This document shows positions 50,624-60,438 of a stretch of DNA of 64,000 nucleotides, piece after piece. A program made the translations under genes and the position numbers. The stretch is from Candidatus Poribacteria bacterium (GTDB taxonomy: Bacteria > Poribacteria > WGA-4E > WGA-3G), in assembly GCA_958295945.1 (NCBI GenBank), contig OY282386.1, positions 1,687,371-1,751,370 of the forward strand, given 5' to 3'. Under the pieces are notes generated by a model that was not told the origin of the DNA, searched no databases, and saw only the letters and a list, made by a program, of their open reading frames with translations. The first letter of the stretch is position 1. Each line of letters begins with the position of its first letter.

Positions 50624-51460
50624 ATGGCAAACGGATTCACCCGTTTTTTCAAAGCGATTTGGTATACACTTACTGGTCGCGCACATGAACAGGCTGATAG
50701 ATTGATGGAAAATCCCGAGGCAGTACGCGGTGCTTATGAAGATATTATCCGCGACAAACAAGGGAATATCCAGCGATACAAACAAGCAATTGGCCAACTC
50801 ATCGCACTCGTTGAACAGAAAAAAAATTCACTCAAAAGACTCACAGATGACATAGAAAAACTTGAAAAGATGAAAGCAGGCGCGATTGCTAAGGCAAAAA
50901 GTACTGCTGCTGATTTACAACAAGCTGGTACGCCAGATGAAGAGATCAAACAGCATCCAGACTATGTTCGGTGCATGACCTCATTCAACGATTTTCACTC
51001 CACACTTGATGAGAAAAACGCTCGCGTCGCTGAACTTGAACAGGATATAGAACGTGCACAAGGAGATATTGAATCGCATAAACTCCAGATTACTGGTCTC
51101 CATAAAGATCTTGACAAGATAAAGACAGAACAATCAGAGGCTGTGGCAGATCTTATTACTGCACGTGAACAAGAAGATATTGCTGATATGTTGTCTGGTA
51201 TTAGCACAGATGGAACTTCTGCAGAATTGTCACGTATGCGTGAAATTCGTGAAAAAGCAAAAGGACGTGCAGTCGTAGCACAAGAACTCGCTGGTACAGA
51301 CTCACGTGCAGAAGAAGAGGAATTTCTTGCTGCAGCGAGTACTACTGCCGCTTCTGATGAATTTGACTCACTCATCTTTGGAGCACAACAAACCGATACG
51401 CCAGCACAAACTGATGAGGCAACGAGCGAATCACAGAGTGATTCAGAACTGCCGTTATAA
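50624..51460 (+). CDS. PspA/IM30/Vipp1 (ESCRT-III superfamily)-like protein
   Basis: Amphipathic N-terminal helix GFTRFFKAIW, ENP motif, long helical hairpin, acidic tail; AGGAGG RBS. Confidence 0.78.
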   Translation: MANGFTRFFKAIWYTLTGRAHEQADRLMENPEAVRGAYEDIIRDKQGNIQRYKQAIGQLIALVEQKKNSLKRLTDDIEKLEKMKAGAIAKAKSTAADLQQAGTPDEEIKQHPDYVRCMTSFNDFHSTLDEKNARVAELEQDIERAQGDIESHKLQITGLHKDLDKIKTEQSEAVADLITAREQEDIADMLSGISTDGTSAELSRMREIREKAKGRAVVAQELAGTDSRAEEEEFLAAASTTAASDEFDSLIFGAQQTDTPAQTDEATSESQSDSELPL

Positions 51461-51487
51461 TTATTTAAAATAAGCTAATTCGTATCT

Positions 51488-51540
51488 GCGGGTAATCCTG
51501 CCTATTCAATACATACTGTATTTGGGGCATAGATACCCGC
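51488..51540 (+). other. Long intra-operon hairpin after the PspA-like gene
   Basis: GCGGGTA..TGCC..AATACA-TAC-TGTATT..GGCA..TACCCGC. Confidence 0.6.
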
Positions 51541-51578
51541 TTGATATGTTACTATATCAAATATAAGAGAGATTGTTA

Positions 51579-53381
51579 ATGAACGTAAACACCTGGCATC
51601 ACGAGAATACACCGAGTTGTTGGGAAGGGGTTTTAGAAAGGCTTAAGTCGTTTGAGACGCAAGTGCACCACATTAAAGAAACGAAAAAGCAATCAACGAT
51701 ACCGCCACAAATTCTAGATTCTTTCTACCTCCTTCACGATGACTTGATTGCTGAAACAAGCAATACTCTACGTTCATCACAAGAAACACATGCTTTCGAC
51801 AGTCGGAATATAGTATTGGATAATTCATTCGTTGAAGCAATTTGGTTATCACTTGACCAATATCCCGAACTTGTCAATCACAAAGATATAGAAAACCTTG
51901 ACACTGCAGGTTCCAAAATCTTCACACGCTTTTCACCTGATGCTCCAACAAATGTATCTGATAGAGAGGAATTAAAATCTAGGATTCAACAGATTTTTAA
52001 ATTATCTGCCGATACATTAGAAAGACTGACAAGCAAACTTGGTAATCGGACTGCACCATTGCAACATAGGCATCAAATTATGAGATGTCTACAGACACGA
52101 TTCAATCTGGTATCTGGAAATCCTGAATTGGATAGTGATGTCCTCAGACTGTTTCAAGAATTATATCCAACTGCCCCTTTTGATGTCGGTGAAGTAAAAC
52201 TGATAAAAACTTGCTCCGCACTTTACTTCTGTTTACCTTCTAAAGTGAAAGAGCTTGACACAGAATCTTCAGGAAATATAAAGTCTGAAGAAACAGATAA
52301 ATCTCATAATGTAAAGTCTAATAAAAAATTAGGATACGCGCAATTTCTCAGAAGGATTTGGCAGGTTGAACCTTTCGCACACTTTCCAGTCTTTGGTACA
52401 TTTAACGCCGAGGAACTTGATCCCAGCTTCCGGTCCATGATTGCTGATGACACAGGTCTATCTATTGATTTGGTAACAACTACACTCACACGGATGATCG
52501 GCTTTCTACCCATAGAGGAACTGGATAAGTATCTTATTCATGACACTTGGGGACATCAATGGCAAGAGAGTTTACTTGATTTTGAGGAGCTTTATACAGA
52601 ATTATCTCTTTTTAATCGTCCACTATCTGTAATGGAATCTGCTTCTGTCTTAGGTGAACATACTACATTCGGGGATGCGTTTCTCAAAACTGCTTCGGGG
52701 AAAATACAGCTGGATCCGGAAATTCTTACCAAATTTATAGATTCTGAGTTGTATGAACGGTCTATTGTCGCATTCACCCCAATTCTGGCAGAAATGCTGG
52801 CAGATGTTGTAGAATACAAATTCCTAAAACTACATCCTGAACAGGTAGACTTAATGCCAAGTTCATCCCTACTTAAGGACTATCCGAGCAAACTTGATTT
52901 AACACTTGAGGATTTACACAACTGTTTTGAACGCGCCTCTGAAGCATTTCAAACTTGGGTAGACTCAGATGAAGCAAAGCATAGATTACATGATGAGATA
53001 TGCGAAAAATTTGATATTCAAGAGAGCGAAAGTAACTACAAAGAATTGAATAATATTCTTGAAAACGCAGTAGCGATTTGTAAAGAACGACTTGAAAGAT
53101 TTTATCAACCTGAATGGTATTGGGAAAGAACCGAAGACGACAGTCTGAAACTCAACGCATTTAGTTTCGCCGCACTCAACTTTCTCCGTATTCATACCGC
53201 TTTCTTACATACATATCAAAGACTATCACAAATTGAAACTTCGTATGGGTTTATGGATGCACTTGTTCTGGCAATGGGAACTTTCTTTGAAATGGAACCG
53301 CAACGACATATTTGGCAACTTGACAGTTTTTTGACCGAAGGTTTTCTGCCACGATGGGAAAAGTTTGCTCAGGTAAATTGA
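51579..53381 (+). CDS. Hypothetical protein with a possible metal-binding HDxxGH...E motif
   Basis: ~600-aa soluble ORF; YLIHDTWGHQWQE and LAEMLAD. Confidence 0.75.
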   Translation: MNVNTWHHENTPSCWEGVLERLKSFETQVHHIKETKKQSTIPPQILDSFYLLHDDLIAETSNTLRSSQETHAFDSRNIVLDNSFVEAIWLSLDQYPELVNHKDIENLDTAGSKIFTRFSPDAPTNVSDREELKSRIQQIFKLSADTLERLTSKLGNRTAPLQHRHQIMRCLQTRFNLVSGNPELDSDVLRLFQELYPTAPFDVGEVKLIKTCSALYFCLPSKVKELDTESSGNIKSEETDKSHNVKSNKKLGYAQFLRRIWQVEPFAHFPVFGTFNAEELDPSFRSMIADDTGLSIDLVTTTLTRMIGFLPIEELDKYLIHDTWGHQWQESLLDFEELYTELSLFNRPLSVMESASVLGEHTTFGDAFLKTASGKIQLDPEILTKFIDSELYERSIVAFTPILAEMLADVVEYKFLKLHPEQVDLMPSSSLLKDYPSKLDLTLEDLHNCFERASEAFQTWVDSDEAKHRLHDEICEKFDIQESESNYKELNNILENAVAICKERLERFYQPEWYWERTEDDSLKLNAFSFAALNFLRIHTAFLHTYQRLSQIETSYGFMDALVLAMGTFFEMEPQRHIWQLDSFLTEGFLPRWEKFAQVN

Positions 53382-53407
53382 AACAAAAGACTGATCTTTC
53401 TTGAAGG

Positions 53408-55264
53408 GTGGAGGACAAGACAATCGCTATCAAAGACCCTACCTACAAATTCCGAACAGAAGCTGGATTACTAATAAATTCAGGCACATCGCGAAGCATC
53501 GTACTTCACGGAAATATACACGACATTTTTTATGTCTCTGATGAAGATACCGAGGATTATATCCCACTCGTGTCATTTCTGACACATAGCTGGGATATTT
53601 CTGGTTATATCTTAATAGTCTACGAACTCAATGGACCACTTCGTTTTTTACATGCAAGCGATCGTGAAAGGGTTAAGAACGCTTTCAATTCTTGGAGAGG
53701 AACTACTGAATCTTCCAAATCCAAGACTCACAGCCATTTCGCAGAACTAAGTAGTATAGATGAGACAGGAAGTAAGACTGATAAAACTCAGGACACATTT
53801 GAACAATACCTAAACGAAGCCATCGGTAGTCCTACATTAGCTCTTGAACTACTACGACAATTCTGTCTGATTTCTCGTTCTACGAATGTCAATGGTGATC
53901 GTTTATTGGATGAAAAACTACTCATCTTAATAGAAGCAACAGATATGCTACTTCCAGAGGGTGAGATACGAACGTTGAGTTTGGCTGACAGGCATAGGAT
54001 TAGTATCATTCAAGATTGGGTTTCTGATTCCGAGTTCATGAAAGGAACAGATACAGTTGTCTTTATCTCTGAATCTAAGAGTCTAATTAACTCCAGAATC
54101 ACACGCCTTCCGCAAGTAGTTGATGTAGAAATTCAATCTCCTGATGTGGAAGCACGGAGACATTTTATTTCATGGTTTAATAGAACGCAAAAAGCAAAGA
54201 AAAAAGAACTCAATCTGTGGGGGAGTCAATCTCAACTTGCAGTCCTAACTGCAGGACTATCATTACAAGCATTACGGCAGATGCTTATGTCTGCTTGTTA
54301 TTCTGGTGAGAAACTTCAACCTGATCTTGTAATTGAGAAAGTATCAGAATTCATACAAGCAGAATTAGGTGAAGATGTCGTTGAGTTCAAAAAACCTGGA
54401 CATACACTCAAAGATATAGTTGGTAATAACAAACTGATTGAGTTTTTGAGATCACAGATAATCCCACGCATCACTTCTACTGGAAAGGATTCAATATCTG
54501 GACTAAGTGTCTGTGGTCCTATTGGTAGTGGAAAGACATTCATCTTTGAGGGACTTGCGGGGGAATTGGATATACCTGTTTTAGTTCTCAAGAACATCCG
54601 TAGTATGTGGTTCGGTCAAACAGATGTCATTTTTGAAAGACTCAGACGATTACTTATGGCACTTGTAAATGTGCTTATTTTTGTTGATGAAGCGGATACA
54701 CAATTCGGCGATGTTGGCAGGGATGCACATGCAACGGAACGGAGACTTACTGGTAAGATTCAAGCGATGATGTCCGACCCGCAACTTCGAGGGAATATCA
54801 CATGGCTATTGATGACCGCACGTATCTATAATCTCTCGCCAGACCTACGTCGAGAGGGTAGGGTTGGGGACATCGTTATTCCTGTTCTTGACCCAACAGG
54901 TGAAGATCGGAAGACCTTTCTTCAATGGACATTGAGCAATGTCTACACTGATACAATATCGGATGAGGCATTTGAACTCTTGTTATCGCACACAGACGGT
55001 TATTCTGCTGCCAGTTTCGCATCGCTCCGTGCAGACCTTGAGGCTGCAAAAAACCGTCAGGGTGAGTTAACTGTTGACGAGATACTTGATGTCATATCAG
55101 ATAGAATTCTACCCAATATCGGACCAATCCGACGTTATCAAACATTGCAAGCATTTTTGAATTGCACACGCAAATCTCTACTTCCAGTGGATTATTCACC
55201 AGAAACAAGAGGATCATGGTTAGAACAGATTGCCCAATTAGAAGTGATGGGAATTAAGGGCTGA
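53408..55264 (+). CDS. Classic-clade AAA+ ATPase with degenerate N-terminal and intact C-terminal AAA domain
   Basis: Walker A GPIGSGKT, pore loop SMWFGQT, Walker B IFVDEAD, SRH LSPDLRREGR. Confidence 0.9.
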   Translation: MEDKTIAIKDPTYKFRTEAGLLINSGTSRSIVLHGNIHDIFYVSDEDTEDYIPLVSFLTHSWDISGYILIVYELNGPLRFLHASDRERVKNAFNSWRGTTESSKSKTHSHFAELSSIDETGSKTDKTQDTFEQYLNEAIGSPTLALELLRQFCLISRSTNVNGDRLLDEKLLILIEATDMLLPEGEIRTLSLADRHRISIIQDWVSDSEFMKGTDTVVFISESKSLINSRITRLPQVVDVEIQSPDVEARRHFISWFNRTQKAKKKELNLWGSQSQLAVLTAGLSLQALRQMLMSACYSGEKLQPDLVIEKVSEFIQAELGEDVVEFKKPGHTLKDIVGNNKLIEFLRSQIIPRITSTGKDSISGLSVCGPIGSGKTFIFEGLAGELDIPVLVLKNIRSMWFGQTDVIFERLRRLLMALVNVLIFVDEADTQFGDVGRDAHATERRLTGKIQAMMSDPQLRGNITWLLMTARIYNLSPDLRREGRVGDIVIPVLDPTGEDRKTFLQWTLSNVYTDTISDEAFELLLSHTDGYSAASFASLRADLEAAKNRQGELTVDEILDVISDRILPNIGPIRRYQTLQAFLNCTRKSLLPVDYSPETRGSWLEQIAQLEVMGIKG

Positions 55265-55313
55265 AAAAGTGATGAATGTAGGATGCGCAATGAATTGGAT
55301 AACTACAAGCACG

Positions 55314-56480
55314 CTATTGCTCATGACGATGTCCAGTTAGAGAAATCTCCTTATCACTCGCAGCGGAACGGTAGCCAGCACAAATTATCTCTACGGAGTG
55401 CGCAGCAAATTCAGCATTCATCTCACTTTCAACTCCATTTTCAATACAGTCAACAAACGCACTGAACTCTCGTTGTCCGTCATTTTCACTGACCACATCC
55501 ACCCATTGCTGTTTTGGTCGCATTCCAATTTCTGATTGTGTGCTGCTCCACATTCCCATCGGATCAAGTGGGTGTGGAGTTGGTGGTTCAAATGCAGGTT
55601 CTGCAGCAAACACCTCTAATCTATTGGATGAAGCATCAAATGTCAATGTAGAATCACTTCCAACAAGATGTACCTTCCTAATTCCACCTTGTGGATGACT
55701 CTGCCACCCATATCGTCCAGCAGCAATCGTACCAGTAATCCCACCTTCTAATGATAATACCATAGCACCGAAATCTTCAATATCACAACCATCATGTTCT
55801 TTGAAAAAATAATTTCCAGTACCACAGAATACTTGTTCAACTCGTTTACCTGTCAACCAGTTCACCATTGACACAGCATAAACACCGATATCAAACATCT
55901 CTGGTTTTGCTTCCACGAAACTATACCTTTCTAAACTCGGGTATTGTGTTCGTTTTTGTCCAACAAGTGCACTTCCCGGATGTCCTTTTGCAAACATAAC
56001 ATCACAATGAATTGCTTGAAGCTCCCCAATGTGTCCACTATCCAGTGCTTGTTTCACCGTCCGTGCCCACGAACTATGAATGTTGCTGAACATCTGTGTC
56101 CTTACACCGGTTTTTGCAACAGCATCAACGATTTGTTGTACATCTTTTGCATTCAGTGCCATCGGTTTATCAAGATAGATATGCTTTCCTGCTTCTGCAC
56201 ATTTCGTCCCAACACGACCTCGTCGTTCAACTTCAGTGCATAAACTAACAATATGCACATCTTCACGCGCTAAAGCTTCATCAAGATTAGGAATGAATGG
56301 TAACTGTCGTTCTCTTGCAAGTGATTGAGCTAATTCAATCCGTTCCACAGGGGCATCATGTTCATCTGCAAATGCTATGAGTTGACATCGGGAATCATTG
56401 GCAAATAATACCGAATAGTTTTCCTGATGTGTACGATGTCCACCGAGTAATAGGACTCCGTATTTTCCGTTTGTTGCCAT
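55314..56480 (-). CDS. Gfo/Idh/MocA family oxidoreductase
   Basis: AGKHIYLDKPMA, GHIGEL, DIGVY. Confidence 0.9.
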   Translation of the reverse strand: MATNGKYGVLLLGGHRTHQENYSVLFANDSRCQLIAFADEHDAPVERIELAQSLARERQLPFIPNLDEALAREDVHIVSLCTEVERRGRVGTKCAEAGKHIYLDKPMALNAKDVQQIVDAVAKTGVRTQMFSNIHSSWARTVKQALDSGHIGELQAIHCDVMFAKGHPGSALVGQKRTQYPSLERYSFVEAKPEMFDIGVYAVSMVNWLTGKRVEQVFCGTGNYFFKEHDGCDIEDFGAMVLSLEGGITGTIAAGRYGWQSHPQGGIRKVHLVGSDSTLTFDASSNRLEVFAAEPAFEPPTPHPLDPMGMWSSTQSEIGMRPKQQWVDVVSENDGQREFSAFVDCIENGVESEMNAEFAAHSVEIICAGYRSAASDKEISLTGHRHEQ

Positions 56481-56482
56481 GC

Positions 56483-56926
56483 TTACCCCTCCACCCTAAT
56501 AGGTTGATCGCTTGCAAGTGCCTGTGTGATAGTTTCTGTTAGTGCCTCTATCCTTCCAAGTTGTGGTGGTGTCCCACTGAGATAATGTCTCCCAATCGGT
56601 GTTTCATGATAGATTACACCTTTATTTCCAACCAACATTATGTCAATCGCTGTTTCAGAGTCTACACGATTAACACTCAATACGGACATCTGTCCATAAA
56701 CATATTTCACCATCACTGTCACCTGTGTTGCGTTTGCATCTCCCTGTGCATAAACAGTCTGTGGATTTGATTGTATCCATCCATTTGACAGTGCTGCAAT
56801 CTCTGCTGCGGGTTGAAGTAGCGTGGTATTCTCACTTGCAACATTGAGAACACATCTTAAAAACACAGGACTCCCAATCCGATCCTTTTCAATAACTGAA
56901 TCAACCGACTCTTTTAGTAATTCCAT
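56483..56926 (-). CDS. Small protein resembling the Gfo/Idh/MocA C-terminal domain
   Basis: RIGSPVFLR, VYAQG, LVGNKG; AAGGAG RBS; abuts the oxidoreductase. Confidence 0.7.
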   Translation of the reverse strand: MELLKESVDSVIEKDRIGSPVFLRCVLNVASENTTLLQPAAEIAALSNGWIQSNPQTVYAQGDANATQVTVMVKYVYGQMSVLSVNRVDSETAIDIMLVGNKGVIYHETPIGRHYLSGTPPQLGRIEALTETITQALASDQPIRVEG

Positions 56927-56956
56927 ATTTTCTCCTTCCTTTTCTGCACCATATCA

Positions 56957-57068
56957 TACCATTTCTGATAGAAAACGCCGCATTTTTGTACCACAAACTG
57001 CCAGTTTGTGCCGTCCTTCAAGACATTCTTAACAAATGTTAATGGAATAAACATTTATAGAAATGGTA
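56957..57068. mobile_element. MITE family A
   Basis: TACCATTTCTG...TAGAAATGGTA, near-identical to 10692-10803. Confidence 0.9.
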
Positions 57069-57174
57069 TTATAATTGACTGTTCTGGATTTTTATGCTAT
57101 ATTTTACATGATGTTTGGTAGTAATCCACACCAAACTTACTTCACTCATCATACACATTTTTCGGAGGATAATT

Positions 57175-57540
57175 ATGCCATTAAAAACCTTACAAGAACT
57201 TGTTGCAGAAGCAAAAGCCAACGTTGGACACATTTCACCTGATGAACTTACAGATGTTGACGAGTCTGTCATCCTTATTGATGTTCGGGATGAACCTGAC
57301 TATGAAGAAGAACATCTACCAAATGCTGTCTCACTCCCCCGCGGTTATCTTGAACTTGACATTGATGAGATAACAACTGATGAGAACACGCATATCGTAA
57401 CATATTGTGGTGGTGGAACTCGTGCAACCCTATCTGCAAACACCTTAAAAAACATGGGTTATGAGAATGTCTCAGTACTAACTGGAGGCTTTCGGGGTTG
57501 GAAATCATCAGGACTACCCACTGAAAAATCTGATAACTAA
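57175..57540 (+). CDS. Single-domain rhodanese/sulfurtransferase
   Basis: LIDVRD, HLPNA, YCGGGTRA, GGFRGW; ATG after GGAGG. Confidence 0.92.
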   Translation: MPLKTLQELVAEAKANVGHISPDELTDVDESVILIDVRDEPDYEEEHLPNAVSLPRGYLELDIDEITTDENTHIVTYCGGGTRATLSANTLKNMGYENVSVLTGGFRGWKSSGLPTEKSDN

Positions 57541-57667
57541 CAATCTATATGTGTAGATTAGCATAAATCGATTCCCCTGTCAATTTCAGGATTTTAAGTA
57601 TTCTGGACGTTTCGCATCTATGATATGATCGTCCACAAACTTTTCTATTGATACTTTGGAGACATAT

Positions 57668-58735
57668 ATGCCACATATATCAAAATCTCTATTCTGTTTA
57701 CGTTATACAGTCAATTCTCTTCTCATTATATGTATGATTGTTTCGGCATTGCTGATAAGTAGTTGTAGTGATCAGAAACAACAGCTGAACGTCTTTACAT
57801 GGGCTGGTTACGTCAATGATGAAATACGAACTGGATTTGAGAAAGAATTTGGTGTTAAAGTTGTTGTTGACACCTATGCTACAAACGAAGACTTACACGC
57901 TAAGTTATCACTTGGAGCAACTGGTTACGACATCATTATGCCATCAGATTATATGGTTTCTATCATGATTAAATCAGAACTGTTAGCTAAGTTAAATCAA
58001 GATAATATTCCTAACTTTGAATCTATCAGTCCCGATTTCCTTGACAAGTACTTTGATCCTGAAAACCGCTATTCAGTTCCTTACACATTTGGCACAGCAG
58101 GAATCGCTTATGATTCAGATGTAGTTTCCCCCGCACCTGATAGTTGGACAGTACTATGGAATGAAAAATATAAGAATCAATTCAGTATGCTTGATGACCC
58201 ACGTGAAACACCTGGATTGGCATTAAAAATGCTTGGATATAGTCTCAATACAACCGATCCGGAAGAACTAAATCAAGCTAAAGAAAAATTACTTGAGCAA
58301 AAACCACTCGTAAAACAATACAAGAATGAGGCTGAAGAACTCCTTATTGCAGGAGATGTTGTAATGGCACACTGTTGGAGCGGTGATGCTTTTCGTGCTG
58401 CTGCAGAACGTTCATCTCTACGTTATGTAATTCCTAAAGAGGGGTCAAGTCAATTCATTGATAATGTTTGTATTCCTAAATTCGCACCTCATAAAGACCT
58501 TGCTGAAAAGTTCATCAACTACCTTCTTCGTCCAGAGATTAATGCAAAAATATCAGCATTTACTAAGTATGGCACTTGCGTTCCAGCAGCAAAGGATCAC
58601 TTACCAGATGCAATACTTATGCATGAATATATCTACCCCTCAGAAGATGTCCTACAATCTCTTGAATGGATAAGAGATCAAGGCGATTTTACCCAACAAT
58701 ACAGTCGTGCTTGGGAAGAAATCAAAGCAAAATAA
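57668..58735 (+). CDS. potD: Spermidine/putrescine ABC substrate-binding lipoprotein
   Basis: LNVFTWAGY, FEKEFGVKV, GYDIIMPSDY, FDPENRYSVPY, WSGD, IPKEGS; start uncertain. Confidence 0.88.
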   Translation: MPHISKSLFCLRYTVNSLLIICMIVSALLISSCSDQKQQLNVFTWAGYVNDEIRTGFEKEFGVKVVVDTYATNEDLHAKLSLGATGYDIIMPSDYMVSIMIKSELLAKLNQDNIPNFESISPDFLDKYFDPENRYSVPYTFGTAGIAYDSDVVSPAPDSWTVLWNEKYKNQFSMLDDPRETPGLALKMLGYSLNTTDPEELNQAKEKLLEQKPLVKQYKNEAEELLIAGDVVMAHCWSGDAFRAAAERSSLRYVIPKEGSSQFIDNVCIPKFAPHKDLAEKFINYLLRPEINAKISAFTKYGTCVPAAKDHLPDAILMHEYIYPSEDVLQSLEWIRDQGDFTQQYSRAWEEIKAK

Positions 58736-58899
58736 AGATCCTTTCACCTCTTATCTCGTATATTCTGATGCTTGCTGACAACAATAATTGAAGAATTGAC
58801 ATCCAAAAGACAACTTTAACTGTGATTGATAAGAATTCAAACTTTTCTTAAGTTGATACATGTCTATCCAATATTAATTTTGTCAATTGGAGTTATCTA

Positions 58900-59775
58900 A
58901 TGAAAGTTTGGCATACGTTAAGATATCAGTTTCGAAGTCCAGTGATTCTCCTTATTCATTTTGCTTTATGGGTCTTGTTCTTCTTTCTATTTGATGGTCG
59001 TCCTATACACAGTAATATATACGAAATACTGCAAACTTTTATAGATACATTACATGTAATGCTAATTCTCAGTTTCATCAGCAGTTACCGATTGGCAAGA
59101 GGTAAACTGAACGGTATTGCAAACACACAACAAGAGTGGATGAATTGGTATCATAATCAAGACCAAAAAATACCTCATTATCATAATCATCTCCCACAAT
59201 CTCTCTCTGAATATCTCAAGTTAAGTTCGGTATTGATTACAGTGAAGAACATAGTCTTCGAAATGTTCAGTAAACCAATGATATTTGTCTTTCACTTCAT
59301 TTGTTGGCATACTGTCTCTTTTCTCGGTATATTGTTAGATGAACCAATGCAGTATACAATTAGAGAAAATCAGTCAATAGGAATATATCGGATTTTCAAA
59401 TATATAGTTTCAGATATGTCTCATGAATACATCTATGTATTAGTCTTAATCGCATTTTTCGCACTCATCACCTGTTTACAAGACGTAATAGGTAAACTAA
59501 TTGGTATTGCTCAAGAACATCGACAATGGCTAAAATGGCACGAAGATCATAATGAATCGTTTCACGTACAAAATAACATAGAAACAACACATTCTCTTAT
59601 ATCAAATGAAACTGGACTATTATTTGTAAAACGAGAACCGGTTTATACCATAATTTATGTTATCAGTGTAATGGTTATTGTCTTTATAATTCCATTACAA
59701 CTCATTCCAATCACAGACTGGAGTGGAATTAAGTCTTTGAGTTGGGTCTCAATACTCTTGCTACTTTTACGTTAA
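58900..59775 (+). CDS. Membrane hypothetical protein with internal duplication
   Basis: PxIxxxHFxxW and GKLxGIAxxxxxWxxW each occur twice. Confidence 0.7.
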   Translation: MKVWHTLRYQFRSPVILLIHFALWVLFFFLFDGRPIHSNIYEILQTFIDTLHVMLILSFISSYRLARGKLNGIANTQQEWMNWYHNQDQKIPHYHNHLPQSLSEYLKLSSVLITVKNIVFEMFSKPMIFVFHFICWHTVSFLGILLDEPMQYTIRENQSIGIYRIFKYIVSDMSHEYIYVLVLIAFFALITCLQDVIGKLIGIAQEHRQWLKWHEDHNESFHVQNNIETTHSLISNETGLLFVKREPVYTIIYVISVMVIVFIIPLQLIPITDWSGIKSLSWVSILLLLLR

Positions 59776-60046
59776 CTATAGTTTGGACAATTTCTTTTGG
59801 TTACATACTGAGATTTCAAGCATTTACTAAATAATGTGAGTTTTCAATAGGATAATAACTTGACGAAAATGTGTTAGAATATCAAAATGAGCAGCCCCAG
59901 CGGGGCGAAATGTGTCCAGCACATCGTGAACATACAATCTATAGCCCCAGCGGGGCGAAATGTGCATTGAAGAAATAGGTATCATGACTGTGATGCTCTT
60001 TGTCTAGACTATTATTCAAGCCTATAAAAAACTGTCCAAACTATAG
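59776..60046. mobile_element. MITE family C with 14-bp TIRs and 9-bp target duplication
   Basis: CTATAGTTTGGACA ... TGTCCAAACTATAG flanked by TTACGTTAA (59767-59775, 60047-60055); contains AGCCCCAGCGGGGCGAAATGTG x2. Confidence 0.9.
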
Positions 60047-60306
60047 TTACGTTAAATCACATAATAAATAATCAGATATTAGGATAAAACTGTATTTACA
60101 AATATCTCTCATTGGAATCGGATATTTAAAGTTTGTGGCAAAGAATCTGCTGATATTGTCGGATGTCTTACTGTTCCTACTTTGGTGTGTCTTATGCAAT
60201 ATTACTTTGCAATACGTTCTTTAGGCCCGTAGGGACGGGATGTTTATAGATAAGCGTTGCCATCACAGATCTTAGTCCCGTAGGAACGATCTGTTTGTAC
60301 CAACTA

Positions 60307-60436
60307 GTGGTCTGTCTACACTAAAATTGTCCGTCGCGATTTGGGGATCTCTCGGACAGAAACCTTGTGTCCGGTAGGAGGGAACTCCGATTCCCGATTT
60401 CTTTGGAGATTCATAATTTTAGTGTAGACGCTCCAC
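60307..60436. mobile_element. MITE family B (IS630-type ends)
   Basis: GTGGTCTGTCTACACTAAAATT ... AATTTTAGTGTAGACGCTCCAC, TA on both sides; near-identical copy at 62290-62419. Confidence 0.9.
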
Positions 60437-60438
60437 TA

